In this document: positions 1 to 17,700 of the stretch, in pieces | Position numbering within the stretch: position 1 is the first letter of the stretch | Layout of the letters: every line of letters begins with the position of its first letter | From: Zootoca vivipara | Lineage: Eukaryota | Direction: 5' to 3' | Length of the DNA: 64,000 bases | Assembly: GCF_963506605.1 (NCBI RefSeq) | Contig: NC_083288.1 | Coordinates: 10,540,001 to 10,604,000 of the forward strand | The notes under the pieces: generated by a model | Seen by the model: the letters and a program-made list of their open reading frames with translations, nothing else | What the model was told of the DNA's origin: nothing | The model's database searches: none | Position numbers and translations under genes: made by a program

Positions 1-420
1 TATACTTTATTCTTGGCTTCTTCCCCTGCCAGATAAATTTAGATATATATTTCTGCCATTCCTTGAAGTGTCCTGCGCCGCTGATTACAGGTATCGAATG
101 GAACAAAGATAACATTCTTGGCAGTACATTCATTTTTTATTACAGACATCCTCCCCCACAGAGATAAATTCATCCTTCCCCATACCTCCAAATTTTTCTT
201 TATTTCTTTCCAAGTATCTGTATAGTTATCCTTAAAGATATTTATATTCTTAGCTGTCAACCACACTCCTAAGTATTTGACCTTCTCCTCTATTATCAAT
301 TCCGTAATTTGTTGTAGGTCTTTTTTATATTGTTGTGTCACATTTTTCACCAACGTTTTCATTATACTTTTATTTAACTTGAAACCCGCTAACTGGCCAA
401 ACTCACAAATCTTATCCAAG
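1..420 (-). mobile_element. L1/Tx1-type LINE reverse transcriptase fragment
   Basis: ORF 39-419 (-): FGQLAGFKLNKS...KYLGVWLT...WGRMNLSLWGR, typical of the C-terminal part of a non-LTR RT domain. Confidence 0.8.
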
Positions 421-1077
421 ACCAGTGGTACCGTATACTAACCATCAGGTATCCCACAGTAATCACGAGGTCATCTGTATGCTTTACTTCCCACCGAGAG
501 GTAGAGGAAGACTTACTGGAGGGGGACAAACATGTCGTTTTTTCAAGTGTGGGGAAATCACAGCCCACCTATTCTGGCAAAAACCGAGAAGATGCTGCTT
601 TCAAACATATTAAAAAATAACCACAACCAAGGAGTGTTTACTTGGGGCGTTATTTCCGAGGCCAAAGGGCAGGAGTCAAGTAAAGGCTGCAATGAATCTG
701 CATTCGCCAATGGCTCCGTCCCCTTTCCTTGCAATTTCTGAAAATCTTGCAAGGATGCGGGCTCGCAAATCACTACGTGTCGACGCCAAAGAGATGTGGT
801 TTGCTTTAGCAAAAGCTAAAGAACATTCCTTGCCTGAGGTGGCAGGCTGATCTCAGCCTCTTCCCGTTTCAAGTCACAACTTCACCAGCTCCAAGGCTTG
901 CCCAAGCTGGTGTCTGGGCGGGGCAGGCCTGACTCTGAGTCAGCTGGGCGTCTTACTCATCCGCCGGGCTGCTGGCTCTCCAAAGTAGCCTGCCTGGCTG
1001 CATCGCCCACCGCTCCCCGAGTGGTGTGTGCATATGGGTCCATGCATAGGTGGGGGTTTTTTTGTGCCATTGCTCAC

Positions 1078-7207
<6,130 letters not shown>

Positions 7208-7596
7208 GGCGGCTCCGGCCCCTGCTCCTCCCGGGCCTGAGACGCGTCCCCTTCTTTAAAAAATGAAAATGAAAATAAATGCCGTTTGCAGGCCCGCTAC
7301 GCTTCCTCCCGCCTTCACCTCCTGACACCCTATGAATCCGGTACATACATATGTAAATATATTTTCTTCCCTTGGCAACGCGCATGCGCCGAAACGGCAG
7401 GAAGCGCGCTTTCCGTACGACAAGATGGCTGCGCCCTACGTTGTCGCCGGCATGGGGGCGGCCATGCGAGTGTGCGAGAGGAGGAGGCGGCGGCGGCGGT
7501 AGTGCCGCTGCCGCTGCGGTGTCCGTTGGTGACGGAGAACGATGATCCTCCTCCGCCATCTGCGGGTCTCCCGGTGACGCGGGGCAGAGAGGAAGG

Positions 7597-10500
7597 ATGG
7601 AGGCCGAGGCGGCGGCGGCCGGAGGAGGCGGCGGCCGGAGCGGCGAAGGCTCCCTCAGCAGTGGCGGCGGCGGCGGCGGCGCCCAGGCCCCGGCGGCGTC
7701 GGAGCGGGAGCGGAGGGTGCGCGCGCTGAGCGCCTACCTGAAGGGCCGCCTGGGGCCTTACGAGCCGGCGCTGAGCGCCCTGCAGGCCACGCTCGTCTGG
7801 GAGAGGCCGGCGAGGAGCGCGCTGGGCTGGGTCGGAGCTCACGCCGCCTTCGGGTGCGAGGGGCGAGGGGGGTCGGGAAAAGGGACCTCTAGGAGGGATG
7901 AAGGAGGCGAGGGGACGCGGGCGGGAAACGGGCTTGACGTTTAAATCCGTGTGGGGTGGTGCTTTTCCTTCTCCTGCGCTGCTTATTAGCAGTACCTGAA
8001 GTATCAAATCATGTGGGAATATCCTTTCAGGGGTTTGTTTTCGTTTTGGCGGGGGGTGTCGGGTACCTTTCCATAGCTGCCAAGTTTTTCCTTTTCTCGC
8101 GAGGAAGCCTATTCAGCATAAGGGAAAATCCCTGTAAAAAAGGGATAACTTGGCAGCTATGTACCTTTCCCCCTAAAGTCATGGAATTGCAGGGTTGGGA
8201 AGGATCCTGAGGGTCATCTAGGCCCACCCCCTACAATGCATGAGTCTTTTTTGCCCAACATGGGGCTGGAACCCACGACCCTGGCATTAACCCAGCCAGA
8301 TGGCAAGGCATAAATAAAGCATCATTATAATCATCATCCAGAGGCTAGTGCTTCTCAGACTGAGCTATCCCAGGTTGCTGTTTAATTATTAGCACTAAGT
8401 TATCATTGAGTGGTGTGGAAGCAGGCTGCATACCTCTTTTGAAGTACTCTTTTAGCCTCGTTTCGCAGAACTGCAGAGTTGGAAGGGATCCCCAGGGGTC
8501 ATCCAGTCCAGCCCCCTGCAATGCAGGAATATTTTGCCCAAGGTGGGGCTCGAACCCACAGCCGTGAGATTAAGAGGCTCATTCTCTACCAACTGAGCTG
8601 TCCTGGGTTGTTAGTTATTATAATTGCAATTATATGCTTATTTATACTGTACCCTCCACCTTTTCCCCCTGACTACAAGGGCCTTCGAGGTGGGCTATCC
8701 TGCCATACAATAGGTAGCTTAAACTCTCCCAACGAAACTAGTCTATGAAGAGGAATATCCATTACGTTTTTATGAAGCATGGTGATACTCTGGTTAAAAG
8801 TATGGCTTATGTGGCAGCCTTGGTGGGCTCTGATCTCAAGTGCATTGTCAAGGAGCCTGGCTAGTGGCTAGGAAGATAGGGACTTGGTGGAGGCTGATCC
8901 ATTTGGGGAATGGGGCACTGCGCCACCAACCTCAGGCTGGTCTCAGTGAGCTGCCACTACCAGCCCATCACCCTTCTTACCACCAATCCAGGGGTTGGCA
9001 GCTTCGTGAAGAATTTGTAGAAAACATAGAATTGTAGGGTTGAAAGGGACCGGTCCAGCCTCCTGCAATGTAGGAATCTTTTGCCCAATGTGGGGCTTGA
9101 ACCCAAGATCCTGATGCTATTGCCCCTGCTAATCTCTCCTGTTTGCACGCCTGTTGTCCATTTTGAATAAAAAAGCAAAAAGTAATGGACTGAGGGCGAG
9201 CTTCTCTCTCCACCCTCCATTGTGAAGACAACTCTGCTTGCTAGCTAGCTTGCATCTAGTGTTTTGACATCAAGGCAGTATATGGGATTTATGGCAATAA
9301 AAGCCTTCCTTGTGTCCAGAAGTGAGATTTGAACTGATCTTATTTTTGCTTTAGTATTTTTCCTAGCCAGAAAGTTCATTGCCAGCAGAAGTCATTGCCT
9401 CGTTCTGTTTTATAATGTGGGTTGTTAGGCAGGTTGGAACATGCTGAATTGACAGTTGAACAGTTGCTCTCTGTTATGAATCATGAGGGCTAGTGATGGG
9501 TGTGCTGGCCAATCCTGCACTTGGAAACTTGATGGAGATGCTTGGATACTGCATGGGAAAGTTAGGATCTTAGGCTTTCCTAGTCCTTCACCCAGCATCA
9601 ATGGGCAAAGCTATGACCCCCCCCCCTCGGAGGTTCAGGTACCCTTTATAGAATCACCTTCAGTTTCTTAGACTGATTATCAACCCAGCAGAGCAAAGAT
9701 TTGTCCATGACCAGCCAAAATCTGCCTCTTATGTGGCCACTGCCTGTGCTTCCAGAAAGTGGTTCTAGAGAGCCAGATTACAGACTTCTGATCCCCTGTT
9801 CTTGAGCAGGCATAGGCAACCTCGGCCCTCCAGATGTTTTGAGACTACAATTCCCATCATCCCTGACCACTGGTCCTGTTAGCTAGGAATGATGGAAGTT
9901 GTAGGGCCTTGATCTGGAGGGCCGAGTTTGCCTATGCCTGTTCTAGAGAGTAATAATAATACAATAATAATAATTTATACCCCACCCATCTGGCTGGGTT
10001 TCCCAGTAATTGTGTCTTATTGTGATAGGATGCTTCTCAGAGCACCAATCTGCTATGGCTGCAACAGTGTTTTTAAGGGAACAATAGGAAGTGTGTAGTC
10101 CCCTGAACTGCCTTCATGTGAGCATCAGCATCTACCTGCTGACCTGGTACTTCTGGAAATAAAATGTTCAGTTGCAATTAATAAAAAGAGAGGATGAACT
10201 GGGGAACCCTGGTCTACCCTGCTCTCAAAGGGAAATTTCCTGATGCTTGATAAAATCTATTGTTGATAATGTATTATTATTGGGTGAAGTCCTGGGAAGA
10301 TTGCTTTAAATGCACACACATTTTCTTTGGTTGTATTTATCAGCCAAGTAATTTGTATTCTGGAAAACAGACCTGAAGTGTGTTAATTCCATAGGTAGGA
10401 CACCAAAGAAAGATTGGCATTGTTCTTGATAGGAGCCTGAGGTCTTCTGTGTATCTTCTTGCTAAGTACTGGTGTCTAATTGGGTCTCATTGAAGAGCCC

Positions 10501-13500
10501 CTTATTACATGCCTCAGTTTGATCATTTATATCATTAGTGCTACAAATGGCTTGGTAGCCCACTTTCTCCCAAGGGCTGGTTCTCATTAAATGATTGAAA
10601 ATAGCCATCTGTCTCTGATTCGGGTGGATGCAGCTCCTTCCCAACAATACTGATTATATTTGACTAATCATTGCAGAGAAAGCACACAGCTCTTATTCAG
10701 TGAGGGAACAAGCAAGTCTTCAAATCTTTCGAAAAAAACAGAACCTCTGAGCTCACATGTCATTTTGTGTGTCAGTGCTGAGTGGTTCTGCCTCTCACTG
10801 ACTTAACAGGCTTCTTGGCATTCACTCTTGATAAATTTAACAGACTGCAGCCATTCAACAAGGCTCAGGCTTAGTTTACCAGAAATATTAAGACTGCAAA
10901 ATCCATCGTAATGTATGTCTATCTTGAAACATAATGACAAGGATTTTGTGTTGGCTGCTTAGTGTTTCAATTTGAAAAAGTGTAATCATTCTTTGTATGC
11001 ATGGATACAAGGTTATTTACATGTTTACATTTATGGTGAAAATAATTTTGACTATAGAAAGCTGTGTTAACTCTTACTCACATTTTACAGTTGTAGATTG
11101 ATCTTAAATAAGCTTTGTAGCACTGCAGATTTTGCTTCTGGTTATAATTGAGTGACCATTGACGAATACTTTCTAAATGCCTGATATGCTGATAGATACT
11201 CATTTGTTTATAATGCCTATTAAGAGAATTTGTTTATAATGCCTATTAAGAGATAAATAAGAATAACATGAGGAGAATACACACACCTCTTGCTGTGGTC
11301 CATAGGCAATTTTAAGGTTTCTCCCGCTTCTCTGCAAACTCCTGACATTTGCTGGTGAACAATTTTTCTCCCCTTGATCTTTGTCTCTTTAAACATTGTC
11401 TTGCCAGAAGGTACAAGCCATTGTAAACTGGTTCCTGTCCATAGCAACCCATATGCTTAAGATTTCAATATAATGATAATAAAAAAGCTGCAGCTGCCAT
11501 AAATGTCAGTTTCCTTCTTGATTGGCAGAGTGAATCAGTTTTCAGATCAGTGATCAGAAACAGAATGATATCTGGTGGATATCATAGAGGTCACACACAC
11601 AAAATCCTCTCTCACACATTATTTAATAATATACTCCCAAGAGCTGTTGTGATACCTTCCATTCCTTACTTGTTGTTTTCTAACCACTTCCTGCCAATCA
11701 TAAGGCAATAATTATTTATCTTGGGCTTCTCCTGCTCCATGGCCTAACATCAGCTCTTGCTTTTAAGGTAACATTTCTAGAGGATTATTGTGTACTGACT
11801 AGCTTTATTTTCCCTCAGGTTTTTTGCTCTGACGTCTCTTCATCTGATATTCTTGGTTGCTTTCACTCTGATACTAATTGTGTGTTTAGATCAGTGGAAG
11901 AATAAAATATGGCCTGAAATAAGAGGTATGTTTTCCCCCACTTGACCCTTGAATTCAGCTGTGGTCCCTTCCCCTACCCCCATTTCTGAACTCAAGAAAC
12001 TGCAGATCTCATTAATCAAAACAGTCATTGGCAAGGATCTTGTAAACTGGATGTCTTCCTAGTTGAAATGAATGTTTAGGAGTTGATAGCGTTGAAAAGA
12101 CACCCTGGCTGCTCAGATGGTGGGAGGAGGAAGAGCAATTCCACCATAATGAAACTGGTGGTTTAGAAAATTGGGATTTGTATTTCAGGTGGCTGCATTT
12201 TCACTACTTGTTCATGTGTAGGGGCTTTGCTTTCCAAGTTCACTTACCCAGATCTCAGATGTTCCAAAGATCTGCTTTTGTTCTCTAGCTCCAGAAAAAG
12301 CCTTCTTATTCTAAAGGCGTATTTTTTCTTATTGGTTATAGAGACATACAGTCCAGGCTTTAGTGCATCATTAAATTGAGTGTTGAACTAACATCTTGGT
12401 GTATATCTTAAATTATATTTTAGTCTGAATGCAGTCAAGTCAATTCAACAATACCATAGTATAATTTCTTAGGGAGGTAACCATGGTAAAAAAATGTCTT
12501 TGTTGACTATAGTTGTAGAAAGTTGTATTCATGAAGGATGGAAGAATAAATTAAAGCAGTAGTTTTAAAAGCTTAATTGAAGACTGAAACCTGATGGTTT
12601 TTCTCTCTAATATGCTGGAGCTGAGGAAATATTTGATTTTTAAAAAAAACTTGCTTGCATTGTGAGAACTATCATCTTAGATAAGAACTAAAAGAGTATT
12701 AGTTCAGGTTGCACATAATGCTAAGCAAAATCATGGTTTAATGCAAGGCCGCAGGTCATTGGAGAGGAGATTGTGGTTTCTTGTTCCTCCAGTCCTGCTG
12801 CTATGAGCTAAGCCATAGTTTGGCTTAGTACAGGCATCCCCAAACTTCGGCCCTCCAGATGTTTTGGACAACAATTCCCATCTTCCCCGACCAGTGGTCC
12901 TGTTAGCTAGGGATCATGGGAGTTGTAGGCCAAAACATCTGGAGGGCCGCAGTTTGGGGATGCCTGGCTTAGTATGTCATCCAAACCCAAGCTTGTGGTC
13001 TGTCTCCATCAGATAAACCATGAGCTGTAAAACAAGCGTAAACTTGAGTTACATTTTGTGTCAGACCACGAGCTTGATTTCAAATTACATGAATTACTGA
13101 AGGCAGAGCAAAGTGACCATAATATCTTCTCTGGCAACCCACACATTTGCACTAAGCTATGGTCAGGTTTAGCATTACATGCTAACCAGATCATTGGCTG
13201 CTAGCCACCTCCACCCCCCAAAATCAGGCTGCTATAATAACAAGTGCATTACAAGAAGCTATCTTAAGGGGCAGTGTTTTCATTTTTAAATACATCTTTA
13301 AATATATTTGCAGATTTGTAAACTGCTTCACAAACAACAACAAAATAGTGTGCAATAAAATACAAAATGTTTGCATTTGTAAACTAAAGGCAACGAAACT
13401 TTCTACAATTGTACAAATTGCATTTGTACAAAATTACAAACATAAGAAATAAAAAAGTTGAGTTTATAAAAGTGGGGGCACAGATTTGGATAAAATACTA

Positions 13501-14695
13501 AGCTCAGGATGTTTTTAGTTGCAGGCTGTCAGTGGGAAACCAATATGTATGCAATATTCTCAAGTCATCTGTGTATTTTAATTATGCAGCAAAGAGTTTT
13601 CCCAGGCATTTCCCTCACAACTAATCCTGATCTGTCTTTAATGTTTTAGTAGCAAGACCTGATGAATTAGACAATGAAAGGTATGAAAAATTAAATATCC
13701 TTTTCTTTGTAGCATGTCTCATGTTACATGTGCTTGTGTGGCCTAACTGTAATGCTTTTTGATAATTTAAACCTTATTGGCAGTGGCTGGATGGAAGGAA
13801 AAATCCCTTGCTCCTAAATACTTTTGCTTACCTACCTCTTCTCATTGTTTGTAACTAAGGCTGTAATCCTATGCTTGCTTGGGAGAAAGTCTACTGCTAC
13901 AAAGTAGGTCCCAGAGTAAGGTTGCAATTCTGTGTCCTATTGCAGTGAATAGGACTTCATTCTGAGTTGACATGTAGAGCATTGTGAAACCATTACAGTA
14001 GTACCTTGGTTTGCATACGTCTTGATTTTTTTTGAATTACAAACACGTCAAACCCAGAAGTGTGTGTCCCTGTTTGCAACCTTTTTTTGGATTACAAACC
14101 CCCCCCCTTTTTTTTGGAGGCCCCATTGGCCAAAGCATGCTTTGGGTTACAACCTGTTTTGGTTTACAAACAGACCTCCGGAACGAATTATGGTGTAAAC
14201 CAAGGTACCACTGTATTAGGATTAGGCTGCAAGCTACATAAATCTGAGACCTTGAACTCTACATGCACTAGGTTCTTAGTATCCCCAGTTTTCCTTGAAA
14301 AATGGGTTGAAAAGCTGGGGAAATCCAACCTGTTCACTGCTCCTTAATCTCTTTGAGTGCACATGGAGATTTAAGTACTTATTAACACCCTTTAAACAGC
14401 CTAATTGTGAATACATGTGAGTGGCTTGTCTGCCCTATAGAAGGTTGCCTCCAGTGACAAATTCTTCTGCACATATCCCATTGAAATGAATTGAGAAAAT
14501 CTCATTTACTTCTGTGGGATATGTGGTTTGGGAGTGTCACTGGTTTACAAAGGGTTCAAATTAAGCAAGTGTGGGTGTGAAGTTCAAATGCAGGGTCCAC
14601 TTATTGCGTGTGAAACGTGAACCATGAGCAGCTTCATTGAGGTGGAATGAGAAGAGGGCTATTTTAAAACTGCAGTAGGATCCATTTCTTGATAC

Positions 14696-14734
<39 letters not shown>

Positions 14735-17700
14735 ACCCCGCCCATCTGGCCGGGTCTCCCCAGCCACTCTGGGCGGCTTCCAACAGAAGAATAAAACACA
14801 ATAATCTATTAAACATCAAAAGCCTCCCTGAACAGGGCTGCCTTCAGATGTCTTCTAAAAGTCTGGTAGTTGTTTTCCTTTTTGACATCTGTTGGGAGGG
14901 CGTTCCACAGGGCAGGCGCCACCACCGAGAGGGCCCTCTGCCTAGTTCCCTGCAACTTGGCTTCTCGCAACGAGGGAACCGCCAGAAGGCCCTCGGTGCT
15001 GGACCGAAGCCATTTAGGGCTTTAAAGGTCAGCACCAACACTTTGAATTGTGCTCGGAAATGTACTGGGAGCCAATGTAGGACCGGTGTTATGTGGTCTC
15101 GGCGGCCGCTCCCAGTCACCAGTCTAGCTGCTGCATTCTGGATTAGTTGTAGTTTCCGAGTCACCTTCAAAGGTAGCCCCACGTAGAGCGCATTGCTGTA
15201 GTCCAAGCGGGAGATAACTAGAGCATGCACCACTCTGGCGAGACAGTCTGCAGGCAGGTAGGGTCTCAGCCTGCGTACCAGATGGAGCTGATAGACAGCT
15301 GCCCTGGACACAGAATTGACCTGCGCCTCCATGGACAGCTGTGAGTCCAAAATGACTCCCAGGCTGCACACCTGGTCCTTCAGGGGCACAGTTACCCCAT
15401 TCAGGACCAGGGAGTCCTCCACACCTGCCCGCTTCCTGTCCCCCACAAACAGTACTTCTGTCTTGTCAGGATTCAACCTCAATCTGCCTCAATTAGCAAG
15501 GGTAAGATGTCGTTTTTGTTCTCCCTCCAGCTGGGGCTACGTCCACCCCCGACTGCTAAGTGTGCCTGAACTATGTCACTATTTGGCAGAAGGATGGGTC
15601 ACAGGAGACAGCTTCATGAGGAACCTGTTGGGCTTCAAAAGGCAAAATCCGGGCAAGGTGAAAAGCAATCCTTATTGGTACTAGCCATCAGGGAATGGGT
15701 TGGAGGGTTTACCCAGAGCAAAGAATAGCAGCAGTTTGAATTTCCCTTTCATTTATGTGGAGGTATAATCCGCCTGTAACTGTGTACACAAAGTGCTCTG
15801 TACAGGTGTGCTTTCCTTACTGGGAAAGAAGGAGAATGGAGGATTGAGAGGCAGGTACAAAGGGGAAGAGGAATAGGATGCCAACATGGAAAATGCTGCA
15901 GCCATCCTATTAGATGGCGCTTTCATCAGACTGGTCTTGCTTCCACCTACATTCCAAAGTAGAAATGCTGCCCTGATTCTGTCAAAATCACTCCAGGGCT
16001 TGGTCCAAAGGCAGCTGTGGCTCATGAGATTCCTCCCTCCCCCTCTCCTAACGCTTATGCAAGGCTTCTCAAGCAGAATTCCTCTGTTTTGGTCTCTGTT
16101 CCCAAGCAGTGAGCTTGCTGGCAGCAGGCAAAGTGTGTCTGTATGCTCTTGAGCCGTAGGAGCCACTTTGCTCACTTTTCTTAATTCGGTAGAGACTAAC
16201 TTTGGGTTTTGTTTTCTAGTTCTGCCTTCTGGCTTGTGGCGTCCTCACATTTTTGGCTGTGTTGGGCCAGTACATTCCAGGTGTCTGTCTTGCCTATCTA
16301 ACAAGTGAGTATCTGTGTGCCAGGCGGGGATTGGGCAACAGAGTGCTCTTCACTTGAAAGTACAGAGCATTTGCAAACAATGTTATTCTGAGCTGTTCCA
16401 ACTCAGTTGCATTGCAAACTCGTGGGTACATAATGTCTATTATGTGGTTTACAAAAAACAACAACTACAAAGTGAACAATAAAACCACAAGCATATTATC
16501 TATATGTTTAGATAAGATCTGTATGTATGATACAATACACGATATCTCTGTTCTGTTATATTGTATCCCAAAATGTCTTCTGAGAGTGTTTATTGAACAC
16601 CAACCCTCTCATCATCCTCTTCCTGCAGTGGTTTCCATCCTTCTGTGGCCACTTGCTGTTTACCACCGGCTGGGTCACCGCCTGTACACCAAATTGGAGC
16701 CAGCTCTGCAGCGGCTGGACTTCAGTGTTCATGGCTACATGATGTCCAAACATAAGGAGAGGCAATGTAAGTCTTGTGCAGGGCTGGTACTAACTCACCC
16801 ACTTCTTGTCTGCTACCTCTTTTTGTTGGTGATGTGAGGAACCTGACAAGATCGGATGGAAACACTGAATGAATCAGTAGTTACCTAAGAATGTTCCTCA
16901 CATCCCTGACCACAGTTTGTGGGGGGAGGAAGGGAATGAGCATTTCCCACAATTGATGAGCAATTGAATGTCCGAAATGTTTCTAACATGGGACCAGAAT
17001 TGTTGCAGTCCTAATTAGGGCACAGTGGTCAGTTAGCACCCCTCCTTGCCCTCTGCAGCCTCTGGTTTGCAATCCCAACGTCTCCTCTCTGGATCACACC
17101 TGTTTCTTCTGCTTGGCTTCTTTATGGGCATGCAGACTTGTTTCCTTCCCATTTATAACTGCTATTCTGTGCTCTGTTTTCTCTGCAGTACGACACCAGA
17201 TGCTGAGCCGGCATGCTGCTAGTGCTGATGGGAGCGACAGTGAAGAAGAACTTGCTGCTTTCTGTCCCACGGTAAATAGGGCATGGATCTTGTTAAAGAA
17301 TAGGGTGCTGCTAAGATTGGAGTGGGGGACGGTAAGCAACAAGGCGGCCTGTGAGTTTTTACTCATGGTCAAACTTGCCTGATTTCTGAGATATAGCATC
17401 TCCTGCTGGCTCTATTCTTAACTTGAATATGAAATTATTTTTTTATAGTGCCATTGGATTTCCCTCATTACATCTACATTTCATACTTTCAGAAGCAGAT
17501 TTAGACGTTTTTAATTTTGTAAAACATTTTTTGGGCAACACTTGGGTGGCTGTAAAATGAAGTAAAGAGCTCTAGAAAGGAAATGAAGAACTGGAGGGCA
17601 GTGCCTGGCTTTCAAGTTCCTCATTTCCGTTGCTGAGAGGAATGTCTCTGGGTCCATGTGGGGTTGAATGGCATTCTGGAGGTTTGTGTGCTCTCCAGTA

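Noticed and set aside
14844-15482. 212-aa ORF as a host gene
   Set aside because: It is the RT C-terminus of a truncated L2 LINE with internal deletions.
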